Of a DNA stretch of 64,000 nucleotides, positions 38,600 through 49,736 are shown piece by piece. Below the pieces are notes generated by a model. That model saw only the letters and a list, made by a program, of their open reading frames with translations, searched no databases and was not told the origin of the DNA. The stretch is from Lachnospiraceae bacterium (GTDB lineage: Bacteria > Bacteroidota > Bacteroidia > Bacteroidales > Bacteroidaceae): NCBI GenBank assembly GCA_963604975.1, contig CAVCSC010000008.1, positions 1,167 through 65,166 of the forward strand, read 5' to 3'. A program made the position numbers and the translations under genes. Position 1 is the first letter of the stretch. Every line of letters starts with the position of its first letter.

Positions 38600-39382
38600 T
38601 CAGTATGCCACAGTACAGGCGATACCCAACGCCTCAACACGGCGGCATATCGCATCGAGTTCGTCACGGGTGGCCTTGCTCAGGTACGGGTCGGGAGTCT
38701 CACGGTCTATGGTATAAATCATGACCTGCTGCGGACCGATCGCAGCAAGGGCCGAAAGCCAAGGAGCGACATACTCCTCGCCTACATTGTCGACAGCAGT
38801 GCCGTCCATCGCCCGACCGTGCATGAAGATGGTCTGCACAATGACATGGCCGACAAAAGAACGCATCGTATCGATAATACTGTTCACATCGTACTGCGAC
38901 GACACAGGACGGTCGACAACCTTTATATAAGAAGGGCTCACCGTATCGAGTTTCAGAATGTTGTTGTCCACCCGCATTAGTGTCGCATGCACTTGGGGCA
39001 GATGGGCAAAAGTGGCATTGCTCAGCACCGACACCTTGGCCAAAGGAAAGAAGCGGTCGCGCAACCGCAATACATCATCCACAATACCGGGAAAGTCAGG
39101 ATGCCCCGTCGGTTCGCCATTGCCCGAGAACGTCAGCACATCAGGAGCCGTTCCCTCGACCTGCATAGCCTGCAATTTGGTTTCCAATGCCGCCGCCACT
39201 TCCTCGCGTGTCGGACGCGCACGGTGCGGTCTGTGGTCTGCATTGAACCCGCACTCGCAGTACAGGCAATCAAAGGTGCACACCTTGCCGTCGTCCGGCA
39301 TCAGATTGATACCAAGCGATACCCCTAACCGGCGGCTATGTATCGGACCGACAATGGGTGACGGATAAATAATCGTAGACAT
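38600..39382 (-). CDS. Radical SAM protein
   Basis: GP.HSRRLG.SLGINL, CTFDCLYCECG (CxxxCxxC), FSGNGEPT. Confidence 0.9.
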   Translation of the reverse strand: MSTIIYPSPIVGPIHSRRLGVSLGINLMPDDGKVCTFDCLYCECGFNADHRPHRARPTREEVAAALETKLQAMQVEGTAPDVLTFSGNGEPTGHPDFPGIVDDVLRLRDRFFPLAKVSVLSNATFAHLPQVHATLMRVDNNILKLDTVSPSYIKVVDRPVSSQYDVNSIIDTMRSFVGHVIVQTIFMHGRAMDGTAVDNVGEEYVAPWLSALAAIGPQQVMIYTIDRETPDPYLSKATRDELDAICRRVEALGIACTVAY

Positions 39383-39608
39383 GACGGAATAGAATTTAGG
39401 CAGATTCTGAAAAGAATCTACAATACGTAGATGCAAAATTAGACATAAATTCCGAATTTATGCAAACTGTCCATTAAGATTTTTTTACCTAAAAAACCAC
39501 ATGAAAATATCTGTATAGGATGAAGTTTTTCTACCTTTGCAAGATAACGGCTACCGCACCCCATATGGAAATGCCGACACATTTACCATACGAACTAAAA
39601 ACTCATAC

Positions 39609-41108
39609 ATGAAAACAAGACAATACTTGCTCGGTTTCGATGTAGGCAGCAGTAGCGTGAAAGCCTCACTCGTCGACATCGACAGTGGAGAATGCGCCGC
39701 CTCCGCCTTCTACCCCGAACACGAAGCCCCCATCAAGGCACTCAAAGCCGGATGGGCAGAACAGTCGCCGGAGATGTGGTGGACCAACGCCAAACTGGCC
39801 TTGGCCAAAATCATGGCCGACACGGGAGCAAAAGGCGAAGACATACGCGGCATAGGCATCTCCTACCAAATGCACGGATTGGTATGCGTAGACCGCAACG
39901 GACAGCCGCTCAGAGACAGTATCATTTGGTGTGACTCACGCGCCGTGCCCTATGGCGAGCGTGCTTGGCAGCGGTTGGGTGCTGACTACTGTCTGAGCCA
40001 CCTGCTCAACTCTCCCGGCAACTTCACCGCCGCCAAACTGGCATGGGTACGCGAAAACGAACCCGACCTCTTCTCACGCATCGACAAGATTATGCTACCG
40101 GGCGACTATCTAGCCATGAAACTCAGCGGCGAAGCCAATACGACCGTCAGCGGACTCTCCGAAGGCATTTTTTGGGATTTCAAGAACCGCTCCGTATCGC
40201 AGACGTTGCTCGACGAACTGGAGATACCCAAAGAGATGATTGCTCCTATCGTACCGACCTTCGCCATACAAGCCCGCGTATCAAAAGCCGCCGCAGCCGA
40301 GACCGGCCTGCAGGAAGGCACTCCCATCAGTTACCGTGCAGGCGACCAACCCAACAACGCCCTTTCGCTCAACGTATTCAATCCCGGTGAGATAGCCTCC
40401 ACCGCCGGTACCTCCGGTGTAGTGTACGGTGTACTCGGCGAGACCAACTACGACCCGAAGAGCCGCGTTAACACCTTCGCTCACGTCAACTACACCGAGT
40501 CGCAGACCCGCCTTGGCGTATTGCTCTGCATCAACGGTACGGGCATCCTCAACGCATGGACCCACCGCAACGTGACACCAGACTTGGGTTACGCCGAGAT
40601 GAACGACCTGGCCGCCACCGTCCCCGTAGGCAGCGACGGCGTGACCGTCATCCCCTTCGGCAACGGTGCAGAGCGCGTGCTGGAAAACCGGGAGACCGGT
40701 TGCTCTATACACGGACTCAACTTCAACAAGCACAACCGTGCCCACCTTGTACGCGCCGCCCAGGAAGGCATCGTGTTCAGTTTCTGCTATGGCATGGAAG
40801 TGATGCGCTCCATGGGCATGGATATACAGAAGGTACACGCAGGACGCGCCAACATGTTTCTCAGTCCGATATTCCGCGAAACACTCGCCAATACAAGCGG
40901 TGCCACCATCGAACTCTACGAGACCGACGGCAGCGTAGGCGCAGCACGCGGAGCAGGTATGGGCTGCGGCATCTACCGCGACAATACCGAAGCCTTTGCA
41001 TCACTGAAAAAGCTCGGCGTGATTGCCCCCGACACCCAGCAACAGGAGCAATATCTTGAAGCCTACGCCCGATGGAAACAGGCTTTGGAACAAACCTTGG
41101 TCCACTGA
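39609..41108 (+). CDS. xylB: Xylulokinase (FGGY family)
   Basis: LGFDVGSSSVK, QMHGLV, IIWCDSR, GDQPNNA, GTSG; adjacent to xylA; TACCTTTG at 39532-39. Confidence 0.92.
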   Translation: MKTRQYLLGFDVGSSSVKASLVDIDSGECAASAFYPEHEAPIKALKAGWAEQSPEMWWTNAKLALAKIMADTGAKGEDIRGIGISYQMHGLVCVDRNGQPLRDSIIWCDSRAVPYGERAWQRLGADYCLSHLLNSPGNFTAAKLAWVRENEPDLFSRIDKIMLPGDYLAMKLSGEANTTVSGLSEGIFWDFKNRSVSQTLLDELEIPKEMIAPIVPTFAIQARVSKAAAAETGLQEGTPISYRAGDQPNNALSLNVFNPGEIASTAGTSGVVYGVLGETNYDPKSRVNTFAHVNYTESQTRLGVLLCINGTGILNAWTHRNVTPDLGYAEMNDLAATVPVGSDGVTVIPFGNGAERVLENRETGCSIHGLNFNKHNRAHLVRAAQEGIVFSFCYGMEVMRSMGMDIQKVHAGRANMFLSPIFRETLANTSGATIELYETDGSVGAARGAGMGCGIYRDNTEAFASLKKLGVIAPDTQQQEQYLEAYARWKQALEQTLVH

Positions 41109-41178
41109 CAGGCAATAACAACAATCAAGCATACAAACAAAAAAAACAACAAACATACTTCAAACCAACAAACGAATT

Positions 41179-42495
41179 ATGGCAAAAGAATATTTTCCCC
41201 AAATCGGTAAAATCCCCTTCGAGGGACCTGAAAGCAAGAACGTGATGGCATTCCACTACTACCAACCCGAAAAGGTAGTGATGGGCAAGAAGATGAAAGA
41301 CTGGCTCAAGTTCGCCATGGCATGGTGGCACACCCTCGGTCAGGCTTCCGGCGACCAGTTCGGCGGCAACACCCGCACCTATGAGTGGGACAAGGCCGAA
41401 GATGCCGTACAGCGTGCCAAGGACAAGATGGATGCCGGCTTCGAAATCATGGAAAAACTCGGTATCGAGTACTTCTGTTTCCACGATGTCGACCTTGTTG
41501 ACCCCGCCGATGACATCGACGAGTACGAGGCCAACATGAAGGCTATCACTGACTATGCTCAGGAGAAAATGAAGGGCACAGACATCAAGTTGCTTTGGGG
41601 TACCGCCAACGTGTTCAGCCATCAGCGCTATATGAACGGTGCCGCTACCAACCCCGACTTCGATGTTGTAGCACGCGCAGCCGTACAGATCAAGAACGCC
41701 ATCGATGCCACCATCAAACTCGGCGGTACCAACTACGTGTTCTGGGGCGGACGCGAAGGCTACATGTCTCTGCTCAACACCGACCAGAAGCGTGAGAAGG
41801 AACACCTCGCACAGATGCTCACCTTGGCACGCGACTATGCCCGCTCAAAAGGTTTCACCGGCACCTTCCTCATCGAGCCGAAACCCATGGAGCCCACCAA
41901 GCACCAGTACGACGTCGACGTGGAAACCGTTGTCGGCTTCCTCCGCGCACACGGACTGGACAAGGACTTCAAGGTGAACATCGAGGTCAACCACGCCACA
42001 CTCGCCGGACACACCTTCGAGCACGAGTTGGCCGTAGCCGTAGACAACGGCATGCTCGGATCCATTGACGCCAACCGCGGTGACTACCAGAACGGTTGGG
42101 ATACCGACCAGTTCCCCATCGACAACTACGACCTCACACAGGCCATGATGCAGATCATCCGCAACGGCGGTCTGGGCAACGGCGGTAGCAACTTCGACGC
42201 CAAACTCCGTCGCAACAGCACCGACCCCGAAGATATCTTCATCGCCCACATCTCTGGTATGGACGCTATGGCTCGCGCACTCGAAAACGCAGCTGCCATC
42301 CTTACCGAGAGCGAACTACCCCAGATGTTCAAGGAGCGCTACGCAAGTTTCGATGCCGGCGAAGGCAAGAAGTTCGAGAACGGCGAACTCACCCTCGAGC
42401 AACTGGTAGACTATGCCAAGAAGAACGGCGAGCCCAAGCAGACCAGCGGCAAGCAGGAGAAGTATGAGACTATCGTTGCTCTCTATGCCAAATAA
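41179..42495 (+). CDS. xylA: Xylose isomerase (class II)
   Basis: [47 protein letters not shown]. Confidence 0.98.
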   Translation: MAKEYFPQIGKIPFEGPESKNVMAFHYYQPEKVVMGKKMKDWLKFAMAWWHTLGQASGDQFGGNTRTYEWDKAEDAVQRAKDKMDAGFEIMEKLGIEYFCFHDVDLVDPADDIDEYEANMKAITDYAQEKMKGTDIKLLWGTANVFSHQRYMNGAATNPDFDVVARAAVQIKNAIDATIKLGGTNYVFWGGREGYMSLLNTDQKREKEHLAQMLTLARDYARSKGFTGTFLIEPKPMEPTKHQYDVDVETVVGFLRAHGLDKDFKVNIEVNHATLAGHTFEHELAVAVDNGMLGSIDANRGDYQNGWDTDQFPIDNYDLTQAMMQIIRNGGLGNGGSNFDAKLRRNSTDPEDIFIAHISGMDAMARALENAAAILTESELPQMFKERYASFDAGEGKKFENGELTLEQLVDYAKKNGEPKQTSGKQEKYETIVALYAK

Positions 42496-42520
42496 GTCTG
42501 ACTGACATACACCAACAAAG

Positions 42521-42575
42521 AAGTCCCGCGACTCACACCGCGTGCCAACCCACGCACGGGAGACGCGGGACTTTT
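42521..42575 (+). terminator. Intra-operon stem-loop between xylA and xylE
   Basis: AAGTCCCGCG..CGCGGGACTTTT. Confidence 0.6.
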
Positions 42576-42635
42576 CATTGCACCCCGCCTTACATCCGTC
42601 ATACAACAAACCATCCTCAACCTAATCAACTGAAA

Positions 42636-44108
42636 ATGCCAAACCAACAAAACGGTAGCAAGAGTTACCTCATCTCCATCGTTATGGTAGCCGTGTTGGG
42701 CGGACTGCTCTTCGGCTACGATACCGCCGTCATCTCCGGTGCAGAGAAAGGTCTGCAGGCTTTCTTCCTCGGAGCCAAAGACTTCACCTATACCGACTTC
42801 ATGCACGGCTTCACCTCCAGTTCGGCCTTGATTGGCTGCATCATCGGCAGTGCCGTGTCGGGATTTTTCGCCAGTCGCTGCGGCCGTAAAAAGTCACTCG
42901 TACTTGCCGGCATCTGCTTCTTCCTGTCCGCCTGGGGCTCTATGTGTCCGGAATCATACATACTGCCCGAAGGCGAACCGACATGGACGTTGCTCGTCGT
43001 CTTCAACTTTTACCGCATCCTCGGCGGTATCGGCGTCGGCATGGCATCGGCCATCTGCCCGATGTACATCGGCGAGGTAGCCCCCAGTGAGATACGCGGC
43101 ATGCTCGTAAGTTGGAACCAGTTTGCCATCATCTTCGGCCAGCTCGTCGTGTACTTCGTCAACTTCCTCATCCTCGGCGACCACACCAACCCCATCATCG
43201 AACAGATAGGCCAGGGCTTCAGCAAGGTAGCCGCCTCCTCCGACCCCTGGACCATCGCCACAGGCTGGCGCTACATGTTCGGCAGCGAGATGATACCCGC
43301 CGGACTCTTCACCATCCTCATCTGCTTTGTACCCGAGACCCCGCGCTACCTCGTACTCATCGGCAAGGACAGCATGGCCCACCGTATTCTGGCCCGCATC
43401 AACGGCGACATCAAAGCCGGACAGATACTCGCCGACATCAAGAACACCATGGAGACCAAGACCGAGCGCCTCTTCTCCTATGGCTATCTGTGCATCTTCA
43501 TCGGCATCATGCTCAGCGTGTTCCAGCAGGCCATCGGCATCAACGCCGTGCTCTACTACGCCCCGCGTATCTTCGGTGACATGGGCATGGACAACCCCAT
43601 GGTACAGACCGTCGTGATGGGCGTAGTCAATATTCTCTTCACGCTCGTCGCCGTATTCACCGTCGAGAAACTCGGACGCAAGCCCCTGCTCATCACCGGT
43701 TCGGTAGGCATGGCCATCGGTGCCATCGGTGTAGCCCTGACCTTCGGCAACCCTGCCCTCAACATCGTCACCATGGTATCCATCATGGTGTACAGCGCCT
43801 CATTCATGTTCTCATGGGGCCCCATCTGCTGGGTATACATCGCAGAAATCTTCCCCAACACCATCCGCGGCGCAGCAGTGGCCATCGCCGTGGCCTTCCA
43901 GTGGATATTCAATTTCATTGTAAGTTCGACCTTTGTGCCCATGTTCAACATGCACTTGCAGCCCGGCGACCACTTCGGCCACTGGTTCACCTATGGTCTG
44001 TACGGTATCATCTGCATCATCTCCGCCCTCTTCGTATGGCGCCTTGTACCCGAGACCAAAGGCAAGTCGCTTGAAGAAATAAGCACCATGTGGCGCAACC
44101 GCAAATAA
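42636..44108 (+). CDS. xylE: D-xylose:H+ symporter (MFS sugar porter)
   Basis: GGLLFGYDTAVISG, PMYI.E..P..IRG, PETPRYL, QQAIGINA.LYYAP, PETKGKSLEEI. Confidence 0.94.
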   Translation: MPNQQNGSKSYLISIVMVAVLGGLLFGYDTAVISGAEKGLQAFFLGAKDFTYTDFMHGFTSSSALIGCIIGSAVSGFFASRCGRKKSLVLAGICFFLSAWGSMCPESYILPEGEPTWTLLVVFNFYRILGGIGVGMASAICPMYIGEVAPSEIRGMLVSWNQFAIIFGQLVVYFVNFLILGDHTNPIIEQIGQGFSKVAASSDPWTIATGWRYMFGSEMIPAGLFTILICFVPETPRYLVLIGKDSMAHRILARINGDIKAGQILADIKNTMETKTERLFSYGYLCIFIGIMLSVFQQAIGINAVLYYAPRIFGDMGMDNPMVQTVVMGVVNILFTLVAVFTVEKLGRKPLLITGSVGMAIGAIGVALTFGNPALNIVTMVSIMVYSASFMFSWGPICWVYIAEIFPNTIRGAAVAIAVAFQWIFNFIVSSTFVPMFNMHLQPGDHFGHWFTYGLYGIICIISALFVWRLVPETKGKSLEEISTMWRNRK

Positions 44109-44129
44109 GCACCATCACCCCATACCTCC

Positions 44130-44169
44130 GTCCGCCGGCACATCTTTTTTTGTGTCGGCGGACTTTTTT
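44130..44169 (+). terminator. Intrinsic terminator of xyl operon
   Basis: GTCCGCCGGCACA..TGTGTCGGCGGAC + TTTTTT. Confidence 0.8.
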
Positions 44170-44438
44170 GTGAGCAGCCTTACAAAAACGCGGCCTTCCC
44201 CGGACCATCCTACACAAAACTACACGCCTCAAACCAGAAAAGCCCACAGATAGCCTTTTCGACACTACTAAATAAGAAAAAGAGACCCTCTTTCAGAAAT
44301 AATTAGTAAATTTGCACGTTCATTCATAGGATAATTGTGCGTATACGTATCCTATGTGCACGGGCCAGCTGACGGAACAGAAATTCAAGAGCGGCCTTCC
44401 ACAACAATAGAAAAAATAAAAAAAGAACAAAGATATAT

Positions 44439-46169
44439 ATGAACGTTTTAGAACTAAGTGAACAAGAGATCGTAAGAAGACAAAGTCTGCAGGAACTGCG
44501 CAACCTGGGCATCGACCCCTACCCCGCCGCAGAATATCCGACCAACGCTTTCTCCGAGGACATCAAGGCACAGTTCAGCGACGAAGGCGAGAAGCGCGAA
44601 GTAGCCATCGCCGGACGTATGATGAGCCGCCGTGTCATGGGAAAAGCCAGTTTCGTAGAACTGCAGGACTCTAAGGGCCGCATACAGGTATACATCACCC
44701 GCGACGACATCTGCCCCGACGAGAACAAAGACCTCTACAACACCGTGTTCAAACGTCTGCTCGATATCGGCGACTTCATTGGCATCAAGGGATTCGTCTT
44801 CCGCACACAAACTGGTGAAATCTCCGTGCACGCACAAAGCCTCACCCTCTTGTCGAAAAGCCTCAAACCCCTTCCTATCGTCAAGTACAAGGACGGTGTG
44901 GCCTACGACAAGTTTGAGGATCCCGAACTCCGTTTCCGTCAGCGCTACGTCGACCTGATTGTCAACGACGGCGTGAAGGACACCTTCCTGCAGCGTGCCA
45001 CCGTAGTACGCACCATCCGCCGCGTACTCGACGAGGCCGGATACACCGAGGTGGAGACCCCGACTCTGCAGGCCATCGCCGGAGGTGCAAGCGCACGTCC
45101 GTTCATCACCCACTTCAATGCCCTCAACATCGACATGTACATGCGTATCGCCACCGAGTTGTACCTCAAGCGACTCATCGTCGGCGGTTTCGAAGGCGTG
45201 TACGAAATCGGCAAGAACTTCCGCAACGAGGGTATGGACCGCAACCACAACCCCGAGTTCACCTGTATGGAACTCTATGTGCAGTACAAAGACTACAACT
45301 GGATGATGGAGTTCACCGAGAAACTCCTTGAGACCGTCTGCATCGCTGTCAACGGCAAACCCGAGCGCGAGATCGGCGGCAACATCATCAGTTTCAAGGC
45401 TCCCTACCGCCGTCTCCCCATCCTTGATGCCATCAAGGAGAAGACCGGCTTCGACTGCAACGGCAAGACCGAAGAGGAGATTCGCGCTTTCTGTCTCGAA
45501 AAAGGCATGGAAGTAGACGAGACCATGGGCAAAGGAAAACTCATCGACGAACTCTTCGGCGAATTCTGCGAAGGTACATTCATACAGCCCACCTTCATCA
45601 TCGACTACCCCGTCGAAATGTCTCCCCTCACCAAGATGCACCGTTCAAAGCCCGGACTGACAGAGCGCTTCGAACTGATGGTCAACGGCAAGGAGTTGGC
45701 CAACGCCTATTCCGAGCTCAATGACCCCATCGACCAGGAAGAGCGTTTCAAGGAGCAGATGCGACTCGCCGACAAGGGCGACGACGAGGCTATGATCATC
45801 GACCAAGACTTCCTCCGTGCCCTGCAATACGGTATGCCCCCGACCTCAGGTATCGGTATCGGTATCGACCGTCTCGTCATGCTCATGACCGGACAGACCA
45901 CCATACAGGAAGTGCTCTTCTTCCCCCAAATGCGCCCCGAGAAGAAAGCACCGAAGAGCAGCGTTACCGAATGGCAGGCCCTCGGCGTACCCGAAGAGTG
46001 GGTGCCCGTGCTCAACAAGGCCGGCTACAACCTCATCTCCGACATCAAGGAAGTCAAGGCACAGAAACTGCAGATGGACGTCTGCGGTGTCAACAAGAAA
46101 TACAAACTCGGCTACACCAATCCCAAGGTAGACGAGTTCCAGCAATGGATAGACAACGCCAACGCATAA
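44439..46169 (+). CDS. lysS: Lysine--tRNA ligase (class II) with C-terminal extension
   Basis: RQRYVDL, EVETPTL, RIATELYLKRL, FRNEG...HNPEF, YGMPPT.G.GIGIDRL; TAAATTTG at 44307-14. Confidence 0.98.
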   Translation: MNVLELSEQEIVRRQSLQELRNLGIDPYPAAEYPTNAFSEDIKAQFSDEGEKREVAIAGRMMSRRVMGKASFVELQDSKGRIQVYITRDDICPDENKDLYNTVFKRLLDIGDFIGIKGFVFRTQTGEISVHAQSLTLLSKSLKPLPIVKYKDGVAYDKFEDPELRFRQRYVDLIVNDGVKDTFLQRATVVRTIRRVLDEAGYTEVETPTLQAIAGGASARPFITHFNALNIDMYMRIATELYLKRLIVGGFEGVYEIGKNFRNEGMDRNHNPEFTCMELYVQYKDYNWMMEFTEKLLETVCIAVNGKPEREIGGNIISFKAPYRRLPILDAIKEKTGFDCNGKTEEEIRAFCLEKGMEVDETMGKGKLIDELFGEFCEGTFIQPTFIIDYPVEMSPLTKMHRSKPGLTERFELMVNGKELANAYSELNDPIDQEERFKEQMRLADKGDDEAMIIDQDFLRALQYGMPPTSGIGIGIDRLVMLMTGQTTIQEVLFFPQMRPEKKAPKSSVTEWQALGVPEEWVPVLNKAGYNLISDIKEVKAQKLQMDVCGVNKKYKLGYTNPKVDEFQQWIDNANA

Positions 46170-46194
46170 ACGCACCTCGTGCGTAAAGACAAGA

Positions 46195-46247
46195 CAGGTG
46201 GGGAAACCGCCACGGCCACATCAGCGCCACAACAGTTTCCCCACCTG
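46195..46247. terminator. 13-bp stem-loop between lysS and gpsA
   Basis: CAGGTGGGGAAAC..GTTTCCCCACCTG; no clear U-tail. Confidence 0.45.
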
Positions 46248-46274
46248 AATACAACAGACCAAAAAATACACGGC

Positions 46275-47273
46275 ATGTTCGATTGCGGGAAGATAGCAAT
46301 TATAGGAGGAGGCAGTTGGGCCACAGCCATCGCCAAGATCGTCATCGGCCATACCCACCACATCGGCTGGTACATACGCCGCGACGACCACATCGAGGAT
46401 TTCCGCCGCATGGGCCACAATCCGACCTACCTCACCAGCGTACACTTCAATGTCGACGAGATATTCTTCTCGAGCGACATCAACAAGGTAGTAGAAGCCT
46501 ACGACACCCTCATCTTCGTCATTCCCTCCCCCTACCTCAAAAACCACCTCAAGAAGTTGCGCACACGGTTGCGCGGCAAATTCATCGTCACCGCTATCAA
46601 AGGACTCGTACCCGAAGACAACCTTTCCTGTTCGGAATACTTCCATGATGTATACGACGTGCCGATGGAAAATCTCGCTTGCATTGGCGGACCGTCACAC
46701 GCCGAAGAAGTAGCCCTTGAGCGCCTGTCCTACCTCACCGTAGGATGTGCCGACCAGAGCAAAGCCCAAGTCTTCGCCGACACCGCCCTCACCTCCGAAT
46801 TTATCAAGACCAAGACCAGCACCGACGTCATGGGCATAGAGTATTCCTCCGTTCTGAAGAATGTCTACGCCATCGCATCGGGCATCTGCAGCGGACTGCA
46901 GTACGGCGACAATTTCCAGGCCGTACTCATGTCAAATGCCGTACAGGAGATGTCGCGCTTCCTTACCGCCATCTATCCCCTCGACCGCAGCGTATATGAC
47001 TCCGTATACCTCGGCGACCTGCTCGTCACCGGCTACTCGAAATTCTCGCGCAACCGCACCTTCGGTACCATGATCGGCAAAGGCTACAGCGTCAAGAGCG
47101 CACAGATAGAAATGGAGATGATAGCCGAAGGATTCTTCGGCACCAAGTGTATGAAGGAGAAAAACCGGCACATGCACGTCAATATGCCCATCCTCGACGC
47201 CGTGTACAACATACTCTACGAACGCATCAGTCCGCAAATAGAAATCAAGTTGCTCACCGACTCGTTCAGATAA
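46275..47273 (+). CDS. gpsA: NAD(P)H-dependent glycerol-3-phosphate dehydrogenase
   Basis: [42 protein letters not shown]. Confidence 0.95.
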   Translation: MFDCGKIAIIGGGSWATAIAKIVIGHTHHIGWYIRRDDHIEDFRRMGHNPTYLTSVHFNVDEIFFSSDINKVVEAYDTLIFVIPSPYLKNHLKKLRTRLRGKFIVTAIKGLVPEDNLSCSEYFHDVYDVPMENLACIGGPSHAEEVALERLSYLTVGCADQSKAQVFADTALTSEFIKTKTSTDVMGIEYSSVLKNVYAIASGICSGLQYGDNFQAVLMSNAVQEMSRFLTAIYPLDRSVYDSVYLGDLLVTGYSKFSRNRTFGTMIGKGYSVKSAQIEMEMIAEGFFGTKCMKEKNRHMHVNMPILDAVYNILYERISPQIEIKLLTDSFR

Positions 47274-47278
47274 AAACG

Positions 47279-47369
47279 CCCCACAGAAAAACATCCCGCA
47301 GAAAAGCTGAACAGCACCCCACAGAAAAACATCCCACAGAAAAGCAGAACAGCACCCCACAGAAAAACA
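47279..47369. repeat. 38-bp tandem repeat (about 2.4 copies) built from CCRCAGAAAA subunits
   Basis: CCCCACAGAAAAACATCCCRCAGAAAAGCWGAACAGCA twice plus a partial third. Confidence 0.85.
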
Positions 47370-47416
47370 CCTCTACAGACAAAGAAAACATATACTTTAA
47401 TAATGATAACAAGAAA

Positions 47417-48775
47417 ATGAAAAGTATCAGCTTAGACATCACAAAGGCCACCCAATTCCTCGGCGAGGGTGCCGTGAAAGCGTATGAGCCTGCCGTCACA
47501 GCCGCTCAGGAGGCACTCGAAAACGGCACATGCCCCGGCAATGATTTCCTCGGATGGTTACACTTGCCATCATCCATCACACCCGAGTTTTTGGCCGAAA
47601 TAGAAGCCACTGCAGCCACTCTGCGCGAAAAGTGCGAGGCTGTCGTCGTGGCAGGCATCGGCGGTAGTTATCTCGGCGCCCGCGCTGTCATCGAAGCCCT
47701 GAGCAATGCTTTCTCATGGCTTGTGGCCGACAAGAAGAACCCCACCATACTCTTCGCCGGCAACAACATCAGCGAAGACTATCTCTTCGAACTGACCGAA
47801 TACCTCAAGGACAAGAAGTTCGGTGTGATCAACATCTCCAAGTCAGGCACCACCACAGAGACCGCTCTCACCTTCCGTCTTCTCAAGAAGCAGTGCGAGG
47901 CACAGCGCGGCAAGGAAGAGGCCAAGGACGTCATCGTTGCCATCACCGATGCCCACAAGGGAGCAGCTCGTGCTGCCGCCACCAAGGAAGGCTACAAGAC
48001 CTTCGTCATCCCCGACAACGTAGGCGGACGCTTCTCCGTACTCACCCCCGTAGGTCTGCTGCCCATCGCCGTAGCCGGATTTGACGTGAAGGCTCTCGTC
48101 AGCGGTGCCGCCGACATGGAGAAAGCCACCGGCAAGAACGTACCCTTCGACGAAAACCCCGCCGCCCTCTACGCTGCCGTACGCAACGCCCTCTACGCCC
48201 AGGCCGGAAAGAAGATTGAGATCATGGTCAACTTCCAGCCCAAACTCCATTTCTTCAGCGAGTGGTGGAAGCAGCTCTACGGCGAAAGCGAAGGCAAGGA
48301 CGGCAAGGGTATCTTCCCCGCATCCTGCGATTTCACCACCGACCTCCACTCCATGGGACAGTGGATTCAGGAAGGCGAGCGCTCCATCTTCGAGACCGTA
48401 CTCAGCGTGGAGAACACCAACGAGAGCCTGCTCTTCCCCCACGACGAGGAAAATCTTGACGGACTCAACTTCCTCGCTGGCAAGCACGTCGACGAGGTGA
48501 ACAAGATGGCCGAACTCGGCACACGCCTCGCACACGTTGACGGTGGTGTACCCAACATCCGCATCAGCGTACCGCAACTCTCAGAATACTGCATCGGCCA
48601 GCTCATCTACTTCTTCGAGATTGCCTGCGGTATCAGCGGCAACCTGCTGGAGGTCAATCCCTTCAACCAGCCCGGAGTAGAAGCCTACAAGAAAAATATG
48701 TTCGCTTTGCTCGACAAGCCCGGCTACGAGGCAGAAAGCAAAGCCATCAAGGAGCGCTTGGCCGCCGAAGCATAA
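47417..48775 (+). CDS. pgi: Glucose-6-phosphate isomerase
   Basis: [51 protein letters not shown]. Confidence 0.97.
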   Translation: MKSISLDITKATQFLGEGAVKAYEPAVTAAQEALENGTCPGNDFLGWLHLPSSITPEFLAEIEATAATLREKCEAVVVAGIGGSYLGARAVIEALSNAFSWLVADKKNPTILFAGNNISEDYLFELTEYLKDKKFGVINISKSGTTTETALTFRLLKKQCEAQRGKEEAKDVIVAITDAHKGAARAAATKEGYKTFVIPDNVGGRFSVLTPVGLLPIAVAGFDVKALVSGAADMEKATGKNVPFDENPAALYAAVRNALYAQAGKKIEIMVNFQPKLHFFSEWWKQLYGESEGKDGKGIFPASCDFTTDLHSMGQWIQEGERSIFETVLSVENTNESLLFPHDEENLDGLNFLAGKHVDEVNKMAELGTRLAHVDGGVPNIRISVPQLSEYCIGQLIYFFEIACGISGNLLEVNPFNQPGVEAYKKNMFALLDKPGYEAESKAIKERLAAEA

Positions 48776-48791
48776 GCAGAGAGGACGCTAC

Positions 48792-49520
48792 ATGACAGAC
48801 AACTGCGTCAACGCCTATCTGCAGAAATTCGGCTATACCGAGTTCACTCCGAAGACGGTGCTGTTCGACATGGACGGTACCGTGTACGACTCCATGCACA
48901 ACCATGCCGTATGCTGGCAGAAAGCCATGGCCGAGTACGGCATCGACATGTCCTATGCCGACTCCTACAAGTACGAAGGCATGCGCGGCGTGGAGACCAT
49001 ACAGATTGTGGTCAAGCAACAACAGGGACGTGACATCACCGAAGCCGAAGCCCAGGAGATGTACGACGAGAAAGCCCGCCTGTTCGGACTACTGCCCAAA
49101 GCGCCCATTATGCCCGGCACGTTTGACCTGATGCGCAAGATCAAGAACGCCGGCATGCAGGTGGGCATCGTCACCGGTAGCGGACAACGCCCGCTCATCG
49201 CCCGTCTCGAAGAGGACTTCCATGAGTTCCTCGACCGCGACCATATCGTCTGCGCCTACGACGTGAGCCACGGCAAACCGGCTCCCGACCCCTACCTTAT
49301 GGGCTTGAAGAAAGCCGGATGCCAACACCCCTGGGAAGGTATCGTCGTGGAGAACGCTCCACTCGGCGTACGCTCAGGAGCAGCCGCTGGCATGTTCACC
49401 ATCGCCATCAACAGCGGTCCGCTTCCCGACTCCGTCCTCGCCGATGCCGGTGCCGACATTGTCGTACCCGACATGCAGACCCTCAGCGAGAATTGGGAAA
49501 AGATCATCAGCAAGGAGTGA
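48792..49520 (+). CDS. HAD-superfamily hydrolase (beta-phosphoglucomutase-like)
   Basis: FDMDGT..DS, VTGS, GKP.PDPYL, VVENAPLG. Confidence 0.9.
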   Translation: MTDNCVNAYLQKFGYTEFTPKTVLFDMDGTVYDSMHNHAVCWQKAMAEYGIDMSYADSYKYEGMRGVETIQIVVKQQQGRDITEAEAQEMYDEKARLFGLLPKAPIMPGTFDLMRKIKNAGMQVGIVTGSGQRPLIARLEEDFHEFLDRDHIVCAYDVSHGKPAPDPYLMGLKKAGCQHPWEGIVVENAPLGVRSGAAAGMFTIAINSGPLPDSVLADAGADIVVPDMQTLSENWEKIISKE

Positions 49521-49736
49521 TACACTCCGAAGCACAGATACCCGCCAACGGGTTCGCTACGCACACATCTGCGTGACGGACCCGTTTTTCGTTTCTTTCC
49601 GATACCTATTCTTGCTCCCGCCGACCTATTTTTTCAACCAAAAGGCTACACATCAGGAAATAATTGTTTAACTTTGTAAACGGCCCTACTCATATTTGTA
49701 GCCCACCTAAGAACAAAAACCAAAACATACATACAC

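Noticed and set aside
47147..47416. Apparent N-terminal extension of pgi
   Set aside because: Overlaps gpsA and the 38-bp repeat; an open frame by chance, with the true start at 47417.
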